Shown piece by piece: positions 9,113-18,225 of a DNA stretch of 64,000 nt. The position numbers and the translations under genes are program-made. Origin of the DNA: an uncultured Eubacteriales bacterium (GTDB taxonomy: Bacteria > Acidobacteriota > Aminicenantia > Aminicenantales > Aminicenantaceae); contig CAYPGQ010000012.1 in the NCBI GenBank assembly GCA_964410125.1, forward strand, positions 69 to 64,068, read 5' to 3'. The notes beneath the pieces were generated by a model. It ran no database searches. It had not been told where the DNA came from and saw only the letters and a list, made by a program, of their open reading frames with translations. The stretch's first letter is position 1. Each line of letters begins with the position of its first letter.

Positions 9113-12046
9113 ATGAGACGAATAATCATATTGCTTGTGATTTTTTTTCTTATTGCGGTTTTTGTTTCGGCCCAGGAGTTCGGTTCTATCAAAGGTGCGG
9201 TTAAGGATTCCGATGGTGTACCTCTACCTGGTGTCAGTGTGACATTGGCGGGATCCAAGATCACGACGATGTCGGTTGTTTCTTCGGACAGAGGAAACTA
9301 CCGGTTTTTGAATCTCCCGGTTGCCAATGATTATGCCCTTAAGTTTGAATTAAATGGATTTAATACCATGATCAGAGATAAGCTGGTCATTGTGTTCGGA
9401 AGAGATCTCAATCTCGACATCACGATGCAAATGGCTGATATCACAGAGGAGATCGTCGTTGTCGGACAGGCTCCTGTCATCGACACCAAGAGGGCGCAGG
9501 TTGGCCTGAATGTCGGGGAAGAGATGATCATGGGATTGCCGACGGCGCGAAATCCTTGGGTGATCATGTCATTGATCCCGGGTGTACTTATCGACCGTGA
9601 AGATGTTGGAGGAAATGAGGCTGGACAGCAATCTTCTTATTACGGTCATGGTTCCTCGGAGGATGACAACACCTGGGGTATAGATGGCGCCAACATCACG
9701 GACAATTCGGCTTTAGGGGCAGCTCCTGCTTATGTCAACATTTCCAGCTACGAAGAAGTCCAAATCAACTACGGCAACAATGACATCCGGGCCCAGACAG
9801 GAGGTGTTCAGATCAACCTGGTTTCCAAGCGGGGCGGCAACGATTACAGCGGGACATTTTTTCTTGACTTGGAGAGGAATGCCTGGCAAGCAGACAATGT
9901 TCCCGATGATCTGGCAGACTTGGGGTATTCGGCGGCCGGTATCAACAGGCTGTATCAGTATGGCGCCAATTTTGGCGGCCCGCTTGTCAGGGACAAACTT
10001 TGGTTTTACCTATCATGGGGAGTTCAGGACATTGATGCCTTGACTCTCTCTGGTGATTCGGACCGGACATGGTTGGTTTCGGGATACGGAAGAATGGATT
10101 TCCAAATCACACCGAACCTCAAATTAAACTTTTTTGGCGAATATGACAACAAACAGAAGTGGAACCGGGCGGCGGTGGGTTACACACAACAAGATACCGA
10201 TACCTTGTGGAACCAGGTCGGCCCCAGTTCTTTTTACAAGGGAGAACTGGAGTACATCGTAGGAGACCTGTACCTCAACGCCAAAGCGAGCTTCATGGGA
10301 GGTCCTTTTACACTCGAACCGGTCCAAGGTCAAAGGACGGCCGATGGATCGGGCAATTACTTGGTACAAGAGTATTATCCCAGTTACTATCTATCTGGCA
10401 ACATCGATGAATACGGAACCGACAGGGATCAGATCAACGCAAATTTCAGCGGGATTTATTTTGCCGAAGATGTATTGGGTGGAGACCACGAATTCAAATT
10501 CGGTGTGGACTATGTGACGGCAACGACAACCACACACGATTATTACGAAGGCAACCTTACCTTGAATTATTGGGGGCCTGATAACACCCTCCCCAACGGG
10601 GAATGGTGGGAAGCCTGGCTGAACAGAGATTATATGTTGAATTACGCCTTCAATCGCTACAGTGCTTTCATCCAGGATACGGCTACTTTCGGCAGATTGG
10701 CCTTGAATCTTGGTGTCAGGTATGATGAGGAAAAGTCTCTGGTTAAGGATGTGGAGATCCCCGCTTCTCCCTGGCTGTCGCAGTACATGCCTGCTGTGAA
10801 ACTCGATGAATATGATCCTGGTGTGAAATGGTCTGTTTTTTCGCCTCGTTTGAGCCTGACTTATGACCTGTTCGGAACCGGAAAGGATATCATCAAGTTG
10901 TCAGTTGCACGCTATGGTTCTCAATCAGGAAATAACCTGGCGGATAGGGTCAATCCGCTCGGTTGGACAGAGATCGATCTGCTCTGGCAGGATAACAACG
11001 AAGACGGTCGAGTGACCAGCGATGAACTCTTCGGGTATGATTGGGATACGGGTGAGTTGAAGGATCCCAATGATCCCGATTATTGGCTCTGGTACAGCAG
11101 CTCTGTCAATCCTGATGATCCGACATCGCTTGTGTCTTTGAATAGGTATGACACCAATTACAATTCTCCGCTCCTGGATGAACTCAGCGTCTCGTATGAG
11201 AAAGAACTGTTCGCCGACTTCGCCACGCGATTAGAATTTTTCTACAAGAAAAGGCACAACCAGACTTGGCGGCGGTCGATCATGGCAGATGGCGAATTGG
11301 AAACAGAAGCGAATTACTATGTTGATAGCCAAGATGAAACAGTTGGTTACGACATCTACGGAAGAGATGAACTTTTCCCCTATGAGTACATCACCAATCA
11401 CCAAAAAATGTATGACAGATACCTGGGAGCCCAGTTGGTTATTACCAAGAGATTGTCCAACAAGTGGATGTTTAACGGATCGTTCACGTATTCGGATTGG
11501 AAAAGATACTACGAAGGTGAATATCTCGGGATCATCGATGATATCAAAGCGGATGATGTGATGGTCGGACTCAACAATCAGGAATACTTCCAGGGCGGTA
11601 TGGTTGCGCCGGAAAGCGGAGGCTCGGGTATTCAAGACATCTATGTCAATTCCAGCTGGCAGTTGAAACTATCCGGTTTGTACCAGTTTCCCTTAGGCAT
11701 AAACTTCAGCGGCGTTTTTTCTGCCCGCGAAGGTTATGTCATGCCGACCAATGTGCTGGTCAACATGCCTGGAATCGGATACAGGGAACTCTTCGGCAAT
11801 CCGGATGGCGGAGGAAAGTTCGGAGATCAGCGGTTGCCGGTATTCTGGGTGATGAATTTCAGATTGGAAAAAGTTTTCCAAGTGAGCGAGACTTCTTCGG
11901 TGACTTTGTCAGGCGATGCCTTCAATGTTACCAACTCCTCGCAGGCTTTGAAGAGAGAGTTGCGAATCACTGCAGATGACTTCGGTCAGGATTTGAGAAT
12001 TCTGAATCCCAGAGTATTCAGGATTGGAGTTAGATTCAACTTCTAG
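9113..12046 (+). CDS. TonB-dependent receptor-like outer-membrane beta-barrel with N-terminal carboxypeptidase-regulatory-like domain
   Basis: 977 aa with an AAGGAGG RBS upstream and a signal peptide (LIAVFVSAQE). It has the GSIKGAVKDSDGVPLPGVSVTLAG domain and ends in RIGVRFNF, the aromatic terminus typical of OM barrels. A strong terminator follows. Confidence 0.85.
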   Translation: MRRIIILLVIFFLIAVFVSAQEFGSIKGAVKDSDGVPLPGVSVTLAGSKITTMSVVSSDRGNYRFLNLPVANDYALKFELNGFNTMIRDKLVIVFGRDLNLDITMQMADITEEIVVVGQAPVIDTKRAQVGLNVGEEMIMGLPTARNPWVIMSLIPGVLIDREDVGGNEAGQQSSYYGHGSSEDDNTWGIDGANITDNSALGAAPAYVNISSYEEVQINYGNNDIRAQTGGVQINLVSKRGGNDYSGTFFLDLERNAWQADNVPDDLADLGYSAAGINRLYQYGANFGGPLVRDKLWFYLSWGVQDIDALTLSGDSDRTWLVSGYGRMDFQITPNLKLNFFGEYDNKQKWNRAAVGYTQQDTDTLWNQVGPSSFYKGELEYIVGDLYLNAKASFMGGPFTLEPVQGQRTADGSGNYLVQEYYPSYYLSGNIDEYGTDRDQINANFSGIYFAEDVLGGDHEFKFGVDYVTATTTTHDYYEGNLTLNYWGPDNTLPNGEWWEAWLNRDYMLNYAFNRYSAFIQDTATFGRLALNLGVRYDEEKSLVKDVEIPASPWLSQYMPAVKLDEYDPGVKWSVFSPRLSLTYDLFGTGKDIIKLSVARYGSQSGNNLADRVNPLGWTEIDLLWQDNNEDGRVTSDELFGYDWDTGELKDPNDPDYWLWYSSSVNPDDPTSLVSLNRYDTNYNSPLLDELSVSYEKELFADFATRLEFFYKKRHNQTWRRSIMADGELETEANYYVDSQDETVGYDIYGRDELFPYEYITNHQKMYDRYLGAQLVITKRLSNKWMFNGSFTYSDWKRYYEGEYLGIIDDIKADDVMVGLNNQEYFQGGMVAPESGGSGIQDIYVNSSWQLKLSGLYQFPLGINFSGVFSAREGYVMPTNVLVNMPGIGYRELFGNPDGGGKFGDQRLPVFWVMNFRLEKVFQVSETSSVTLSGDAFNVTNSSQALKRELRITADDFGQDLRILNPRVFRIGVRFNF

Positions 12047-12070
12047 ATGCTCCTGAAGTAGAAGCACGAA

Positions 12071-12111
12071 GAGCCCCTTCCTGCCCTTGTGCAGAAGGGG
12101 CTCTTTTTTTT
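12071..12111 (+). terminator. Rho-independent terminator
   Basis: GAGCCCCTTC (12071-12080) pairs perfectly with GAAGGGGCTC (12094-12103). Eight T residues follow at 12104-12111. Confidence 0.85.
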
Positions 12112-12173
12112 ATTGGGGACAGGATACCCTTTCACTTATTTAGAAATAGGTGAAAGGGTATCCTGTCCCCAAT
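12112..12173. repeat. Long palindromic intergenic element, copy A
   Basis: ATTGGGGACAGGATACCCTTTCAC (12112-12135) is the exact reverse complement of GTGAAAGGGTATCCTGTCCCCAAT (12150-12173). The centre CTTATTTAGAAATAGG is itself palindromic apart from one mismatch. Confidence 0.9.
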
Positions 12174-12177
12174 TTAA

Positions 12178-12206
12178 TTGACATGTATTGAACAAAATAA
12201 TATCCT
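12178..12206 (+). promoter_or_regulatory. Possible sigma-70-type promoter for the first kinase gene
   Basis: TTGACA (12178-12183), a 17-nt spacer, then TATCCT (12201-12206). The -35 box begins 5 nt after the end of palindrome copy A. The -10 box is weak. Confidence 0.3.
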
Positions 12207-12220
12207 AAGTTCTACCTTAA

Positions 12221-14737
12221 ATGAAATGTCCCAATTGCAGCGCCGACAATCCTGAATTATTCCGTTTTTGCAAGGATTGTGGATCTCCACTCGACCTAAA
12301 AATAAAGAAAGCTCCTTTCGAAGCCCTCAAGCCCCAAAAGCTTGCAATGGATAAATTATCTCCGGGCACTCTTTTTGCCGACAGATACCAGATCATCGAG
12401 GAATTGGGGACAGGAGGGATGGGCCGGGTCTACAAAGTCCTTGATAAAGAGCTGGATACCCTGGTTGTCCTGAAGGTTATATTGCCTGAAGTGTCTGCCG
12501 ATCCTGAGACAATTCCCCGGTTCAGGAACGAACTCAAGCTTTCGCGGGAAATATCCCATAAGAATGTCTGCCGGATGTTCGACCTGAACACGTCCAAAGG
12601 TACGTATTACATCACAATGGAATTTGTGGACGGCGAAAGCCTCAAGAAAATCATCCTGATGACGAAAAAAATGAGCGTGGCTACGGCCATCGACATAACC
12701 AAACAGATATGCGAGGGGCTTGGCGAGGCCCATCGGCATGGTGTCGTGCACCGGGATTTGAAGCCGGGCAACATCATAATCGATAGAGATGGCAACGCAA
12801 AAATCCTGGATTTTGGGCTTGCCAGATCCATCGAAAGCAAGGGAATCACCGCTACCGGGATTATCATCGGCACTCCCCAATACATGTCTCCCGAACAGGT
12901 GCAAGAAAAAACGGTCGATCAGAGATCTGACATCTATTCATTAGGTGTTCTCCTGTACGAAATGCTGACAGGACATGTGCCGTTCGATGGGGATTCGCCT
13001 GTCCGTGTCGCTTTGAGGCATGTCAAGGAAAAACCCATCGAGCCGAAAGATATCAATCTGAAGATTCCTCAAGTTGTCAGCCGTGTGATTTTGAAATGTT
13101 TGGCCAAAGAAAAGGAAGACAGATTTCAATCGACACAGGAATTGTCTGCGGAGTTGAAGCGGATAGAAAAGTCTTTTGCCAAAACAAAAACAGATGATTT
13201 CACGAGGAAGAAGAAAACGGGAATAGCTGGTATTTTCAGAGCCAAGAAAAAATGGGCTGCTTGGGGCAGCTTCGCGATTTTGGCTTGCCTGCTGGTGTTG
13301 GCTGCCATCGGCTTTTTTGGAAGAGATGGAGGGAAAGTTTTTGATTCGATCGCCGTACTCCCGTTCAAAATCGATAATATTGGACCAGGACAGGAATCGG
13401 AAACAGAGTACCTGGCCGATGCGATAACCGAGAGCATCATTACCAAACTGGCCAAACTGCCCGGTTTGAAAAAAGTTATAGCCCGGAGTTCTGTGTTTCA
13501 ATACAAAGGTAAAGATATCGACCCTCAGGAGGTTGGAAAGGAACTGGGTGTGGATACCCTGCTGGCAAGCCGAATGAGCCAGTATGGGGATGAGCTTTCC
13601 ATAACTGTCGAGCTTGTCGATACTGCCGACAACAGACGCATTTGGGGCGACAGTTATCAGATAGATAGAAATCAAATTTTCGAGGTTCAGGATAACATCA
13701 CTAATTCCATAACAGAAAACCTCCGGTTGGAATTGACAGGAGAAGAACGGGAACGCATTGCCAAGCGTTATACCGAGAGTTCGGAGGCTTTTAAAGCGTA
13801 TGCCAGAGGACAGTACTTGTGGAACAAAAGGACAGAGACAGATCTTCTCACCGCCATCGAACATTTTGAAGATGCCCTCCGGATAGATCCCAACTATGCC
13901 CTTGCCCATACAGGGCTGTCCCTCTCCTATCTCCTGCTGCCTGAATACGGCAACTACCTTCCGAGTGTCGCTTATCAAAAAGCCAAAGAAGCCGCATTGC
14001 GAGCTCTGGAGATCGATACCGACTTGGCCGAAGCGCGCACCTCTCTTGCCCAGATAAAAAGACGGTATGATTGGGATTGGATTGCAGCCGAAAGGGAGTA
14101 CAAACGAGCCCTCGAGCTCGATCCCAACTATGCAATGGCCCACCACTGGTATGGTTACGACATGATGTGCATGGGCCGGTATGACGAAGCCATTCAGATG
14201 ATAGAACGCGCCCACGAGCTGGATCCTCTTTCTTTGGTAATTAACAGGAATCTGGGCCAGGTCTATTACCGTTCCGGGCAATACGAACGAGGGAAAGAGG
14301 CTTTGCAGAGGGTCTTCGCAAAAAATCCGAACTTCAGCTATCTCCACTACCATCTGGGCAATATCGAGTTCCAGCAGGGCCGATATGCAGAGGCCCTGGT
14401 TTTGTTCCAGAGAGAGAAGGAGAACGCGAGAGGTTGGGCTATCCACATCCAGCCCTGGATAGGAATGACATACGCGAAGCAGGGGAAAACGGACGAGGCA
14501 CGAACGATATTGGCTGATTTAATATCTCAATCACAGCGGAATCATGTTCCCCCCACTCCTGTTGCCGCTTTGCATTTTGTTCTTGGAGATCTCGATGCGG
14601 GATTCCTTTGGCTTGAGAAGGCCTACGAAGGGTATGACAGTTGGGTTCGTCTTCTGAAAACCGATATAGTATTCGATCCAGTTCGGGAGGACCCACGGTT
14701 TCTTGAGATTCTGAAAAAGATCGGCTTGGAAAGATAG
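12221..14737 (+). CDS. Membrane Ser/Thr protein kinase with N-terminal zinc ribbon and C-terminal TPR repeats
   Basis: Zinc ribbon CPNCSADNPELFRFCKDCG. Hanks kinase motifs are GTGGMGRVYK, HRDLKPGNIII, DFGLA and GTPQYMSPE. One TM segment (WGSFAILACLLVLAAIGFF) is followed by an extracytoplasmic domain and then TPR-like repeats (DPNYALAH, DPNYAMAH). Confidence 0.92.
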   Translation: MKCPNCSADNPELFRFCKDCGSPLDLKIKKAPFEALKPQKLAMDKLSPGTLFADRYQIIEELGTGGMGRVYKVLDKELDTLVVLKVILPEVSADPETIPRFRNELKLSREISHKNVCRMFDLNTSKGTYYITMEFVDGESLKKIILMTKKMSVATAIDITKQICEGLGEAHRHGVVHRDLKPGNIIIDRDGNAKILDFGLARSIESKGITATGIIIGTPQYMSPEQVQEKTVDQRSDIYSLGVLLYEMLTGHVPFDGDSPVRVALRHVKEKPIEPKDINLKIPQVVSRVILKCLAKEKEDRFQSTQELSAELKRIEKSFAKTKTDDFTRKKKTGIAGIFRAKKKWAAWGSFAILACLLVLAAIGFFGRDGGKVFDSIAVLPFKIDNIGPGQESETEYLADAITESIITKLAKLPGLKKVIARSSVFQYKGKDIDPQEVGKELGVDTLLASRMSQYGDELSITVELVDTADNRRIWGDSYQIDRNQIFEVQDNITNSITENLRLELTGEERERIAKRYTESSEAFKAYARGQYLWNKRTETDLLTAIEHFEDALRIDPNYALAHTGLSLSYLLLPEYGNYLPSVAYQKAKEAALRALEIDTDLAEARTSLAQIKRRYDWDWIAAEREYKRALELDPNYAMAHHWYGYDMMCMGRYDEAIQMIERAHELDPLSLVINRNLGQVYYRSGQYERGKEALQRVFAKNPNFSYLHYHLGNIEFQQGRYAEALVLFQREKENARGWAIHIQPWIGMTYAKQGKTDEARTILADLISQSQRNHVPPTPVAALHFVLGDLDAGFLWLEKAYEGYDSWVRLLKTDIVFDPVREDPRFLEILKKIGLER

Positions 14738-14839
14738 TCCCGTAAAGTTATTTTACAGCAGTATATCGCTGCCTTGTTCCTTAACCTTACCCCACTTGGC
14801 ATGAAAATTGCTATTTATTATCAATGGAGTCAGAACAAA

Positions 14840-14868
14840 TTGGAATTTACAACGTATATATATATATA
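14840..14868 (+). promoter_or_regulatory. Possible sigma-70-type promoter whose spacer and -10 box are built from a (TA)7 repeat
   Basis: TTGGAA (14840-14845), a 17-nt spacer, then TATATA (14863-14868). The (TA)7 run occupies 14855-14868, and the ATG of the second kinase is at 14921. Confidence 0.35.
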
Positions 14869-14920
14869 GAGTGGAAACTTTGAGGACGTGAATTGAGTTT
14901 AAAAAGACGATAGAAGAAAA

Positions 14921-17900
14921 ATGAAGATAAAGTGCATGTCTTGCCAATTCGAAAACCCGCCGGATACGCGTTTCTGCGGAAATTGTGGGGAGCCGATTCA
15001 ATTCAAAGTGGAGGATGATGATCTGTTCGCCAAAACATTGGCTATGGACACGGCCATGGTTCGACTGGATAGAGGCACGGTTTTTGCCGGTCGGTACGAA
15101 GTCATTGAAGAGCTCGGCAGGGGAGGCATGGGAAGTGTCTACAGAGTGATGGATAAAAAGATAAATGAAGAGGTGGCGCTCAAGCTGATCAGACCGGAGA
15201 TAGTCGACAAAAAAGCCATCGAACGGTTCGGGGATGAACTGAAGTATGCCCGCAAGATCGCCCACAGAAATGTCTGCAAGATGTATGATCTGGACGAAGA
15301 AAAGAGCACCCACTATATAACCATGGAGTATATCCCTGGGGAAGACCTAAAGAGCATGATTAAAATGACCCGTCAGCTCGGGGTGCGTACTTCGATCATC
15401 ATTGCCAAGCAGATATGTGAGGGTTTGGCCGAAGCTCATCGTCATGGGATCGTGCACAGGGATTTAAAGCCCGGCAACGTCATCATCGATAAGGAAGGCA
15501 ACGCGCGGATTCTGGATTTTGGGATAGCCCGTTCTCTGAAAACGGGCCGGAAGACAGGCCATGGGATTTTGGTCGGAACGCCTGAGTATATGTCTCCTGA
15601 ACAAGCGGAAGCCAAAGAAGCCGATCAGCAATCGGATATATACTCGTTGGGAGTCATTATATTCGAGATGTTAACCGGAAGAGTGCCTTTCGATGGGGAG
15701 GGCTCTCTTGGTATAGCGGTCAAACACAAACTTGAAAAGCCGCCGATCCCGAGGAAATTCAATCACGAAATTCCTGAAGAGCTCAACCGTTTGATCCTGA
15801 AATGTCTGGAAAAAGACCGGAAAAACAGGTGCCAAAGTGTGCAGGAGCTTCACAGCGATCTGTCCAAAATCGAACAGGAACTGCCCACTACCGAACGCAA
15901 AATTCGGAGAAAAAGGCCCATCACATCCAGAGAGATAACAGTCAAATTCAATATAAAAAAACTTTTCCTGCCGGCACTCATCCTTTTAGCATTTATCGCG
16001 GTCGGTGTCATCGGCTGGAAGTTCTTCATAGAAAGATCGGCTTTTGCAGCTCCCGAAGATATGGTTTCTGTGGCAGTGATCAGCTTCGAGAACCAGACGG
16101 GAGATAGTTCGTTGGATTATCTGCAGGATGTCATTCCCAATCTTTTGATAACAAGCTTAGAGCAGTCCAAATCCTTTCGCATCACATCTTGGGAGAGGAT
16201 GAAGGATTTGCTGGAACAGTTGGGAAGAAAGGATGTTGCGGTCATCGACAGGGATCTGGGATTCGAGTTGTGCCGGCTGGATGGTATCCAGGCTATCATC
16301 TTGGGAAGCTACACAAAAGCGAACAACATGTTCGTCACCAATGTCAATGTTTTGGATGCCGAGACCAAAAGCCTACTGAAGAGTGTGAGCTCCAGGGGAG
16401 AAGGAGTGGACAGCATCCTGAAAAAACAGATCGATGCGGTGAGCCGGAAGATCGGTCACGGATCAGGAATCAGTGCGTTTTTACAGAGACTTAGAACCCC
16501 ACACATCAGGGAAGTTACCACGGATTCCATGGAGGCATACAACTACTTTCTCAGGGGTAGGGCGGACTTTGAAAAATATTACTACAACGATGCCCGTCGA
16601 TTTCTCGAGAGAGCTGTGGAGCTCGATCCGGAGTTTGCGTTGGCATATTACTACCTGGCAAGGGCTTATGCTACTTTGGGAAACAGAGCAGAGATGGAAG
16701 AGGCTTCCGAAAACTTTAAAAAATTCGGTAAAAAGCTCAAAGGAAAGGAAGGGCTTTTCATAGATGCGCTTCTTGTCCAGGCGGAAAACCCTAAAAAATA
16801 TCACAAAATCCTTCTGGAACTTGCTGAAAAATATCCCAAGTGGAAAAGAGTTCATTTTGAGCTGGCCCTGTATCACGAGCAAAAACGTGAGTATGATGAG
16901 GCGATTGTGTTATTGAACAAGGCGCTGGAGCTGGATCCCAATTATGGGTATGCCCTCAATCAACTGGCCTATGAGTACAGCTATAAGAACGAATATGATA
17001 AGGCACTCGAGTATTTCAGGCGGTATGCTTCCGTTTCTCCGGGGGATGCCAATCCGTTTGATTCGATGGGGGAGACCTATTTCCGGATGGGAAGATTGGA
17101 TGATGCCATACAGAAGTTCGAGGAAGCCCTGGAGGTTAAGCCCGATTTCGAGTCCGGTTGGAAAATCTCGTATATCTATGCCGTCAAACAAGATTATGAT
17201 GAGGCGATGAGATGGCTCGACCAATTCATAGACATGGCAGCGACAGACTCGCTCAGAGCTCAGGGACACCTGTGGAAGGGATATTATTACTACTTGCAGG
17301 GAAAGCTCGAGCAGTCGCTCAACGAAGTGGACAGGGCAGAAGAGTTGGCCAGGGAAGCGGACAACTGGAGAATGGTGGACGTGGCCTTCCGGTCGAGAAT
17401 ATGGTCATGCTATGATTGGGGAGAGATAGAGCGTTTTCATGAATACGCAGAGGCCAGGCATGATTACCGGACCGAAAATGAATACGGGACTCCAGAAGAA
17501 AATACCCTGATTTATACATTTTACCTGGGTATGTTGGATGTGAGGGGGGGGCAGATCGAGGCGGCGAAAGCGAACTTAACTGAAATCAGGTCCCTGTTAT
17601 CCGAGATGGATGAAGATAAAAGAAAGGCGAATGTGGTAACAGATCACGTTCTCTCACGCAGCATATTCCTTGCCGAAGGGCAGGCAGAGGAAGCCATCGC
17701 AGCACATGAAAAAGTACCGCCGCGCATGTTGAGTTTTATGGATTTTTATTCCTTCATCTACACGAATCTTCCTTACAGGATCGATTTTCCGGCGCAGGTT
17801 TTTCAGGCAAAGGGGAATTTGGATGAAGCCATCGCGGAATATGAAAAGTTGACCACGTTCGATCCTACGGCTGTCCTCTTCCGTCCGTTAATCCACCCCT

Positions 17901-18055
17901 TCGGCCATCTAAGGCTTGCCAAGTTATACGAGCAGAAAGGCCTCATTGATAAGGCTATCGAGCAGTATGAATTGGCCCTCTCCTACTGGCAGGATGCCGA
18001 TGCAGACCTGGCCCCCGTTATCGATGCCCACACCTCCCTCGCCCGCCTCCAATAA
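14921..18055 (+). CDS. Membrane Ser/Thr protein kinase with N-terminal zinc ribbon and long TPR region
   Basis: Zinc ribbon CMSCQFENPPDTRFCGNCG. Kinase motifs are GRGGMGSVYR, HRDLKPGNVII, DFGIA and GTPEYMSPE. One TM segment (LFLPALILLAFIAVGVIGW) is followed by about 650 aa of extracytoplasmic and TPR-like sequence. It is a paralog of the preceding gene. Confidence 0.92.
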   Translation: MKIKCMSCQFENPPDTRFCGNCGEPIQFKVEDDDLFAKTLAMDTAMVRLDRGTVFAGRYEVIEELGRGGMGSVYRVMDKKINEEVALKLIRPEIVDKKAIERFGDELKYARKIAHRNVCKMYDLDEEKSTHYITMEYIPGEDLKSMIKMTRQLGVRTSIIIAKQICEGLAEAHRHGIVHRDLKPGNVIIDKEGNARILDFGIARSLKTGRKTGHGILVGTPEYMSPEQAEAKEADQQSDIYSLGVIIFEMLTGRVPFDGEGSLGIAVKHKLEKPPIPRKFNHEIPEELNRLILKCLEKDRKNRCQSVQELHSDLSKIEQELPTTERKIRRKRPITSREITVKFNIKKLFLPALILLAFIAVGVIGWKFFIERSAFAAPEDMVSVAVISFENQTGDSSLDYLQDVIPNLLITSLEQSKSFRITSWERMKDLLEQLGRKDVAVIDRDLGFELCRLDGIQAIILGSYTKANNMFVTNVNVLDAETKSLLKSVSSRGEGVDSILKKQIDAVSRKIGHGSGISAFLQRLRTPHIREVTTDSMEAYNYFLRGRADFEKYYYNDARRFLERAVELDPEFALAYYYLARAYATLGNRAEMEEASENFKKFGKKLKGKEGLFIDALLVQAENPKKYHKILLELAEKYPKWKRVHFELALYHEQKREYDEAIVLLNKALELDPNYGYALNQLAYEYSYKNEYDKALEYFRRYASVSPGDANPFDSMGETYFRMGRLDDAIQKFEEALEVKPDFESGWKISYIYAVKQDYDEAMRWLDQFIDMAATDSLRAQGHLWKGYYYYLQGKLEQSLNEVDRAEELAREADNWRMVDVAFRSRIWSCYDWGEIERFHEYAEARHDYRTENEYGTPEENTLIYTFYLGMLDVRGGQIEAAKANLTEIRSLLSEMDEDKRKANVVTDHVLSRSIFLAEGQAEEAIAAHEKVPPRMLSFMDFYSFIYTNLPYRIDFPAQVFQAKGNLDEAIAEYEKLTTFDPTAVLFRPLIHPFGHLRLAKLYEQKGLIDKAIEQYELALSYWQDADADLAPVIDAHTSLARLQ

Positions 18056-18151
18056 TTAAATTGGGGACAGGATACCCTTTCACCTATTTAATGAGGGATG
18101 CCTATAACTGCCTATAAATAGGTGAAAGGGTATCCTGTCCCCAATTTAATT
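18054..18151. repeat. Long palindromic intergenic element, copy B (most complete)
   Basis: A 37-nt arm AATTAAATTGGGGACAGGATACCCTTTCACCTATTTA (18054-18090) is the exact reverse complement of 18115-18151, with a 24-nt loop between. The left arm overlaps the TAA stop codon (18053-18055) of the kinase gene by 2 nt. Confidence 0.95.
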
Positions 18152-18187
18152 TCCTAATTATGCTGTGTATCTGTATAATTAAGTAAT

Positions 18188-18225
18188 CAGGTATCCCGTC
18201 ACCTAATTATTGTCACCTAATTATT
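18188..18225 (+). repeat. Degenerate element terminus plus perfect 14-bp tandem duplication abutting a start codon
   Basis: GGTATCCCGTCACC resembles the right-arm end GGTATCCTGTCCCC in 12 of 14 positions. GTCACCTAATTATT occurs twice in tandem (18198-18211 and 18212-18225), and the ATG at 18226 follows immediately. Confidence 0.7.

Noticed and set aside
12941-14446. A 501-aa ORF on the minus strand, fully inside the first kinase gene.
   Set aside because: It is antisense to a gene with unambiguous kinase and TPR motifs. Its translation is low-complexity, has no recognisable motif and lacks an RBS. It is a typical shadow ORF. The same reasoning applies to 6742-7782, 4701-5426, 38138-38950, 42329-43102, 44773-45354, 45721-46500, 48442-49038 and 53205-53705.
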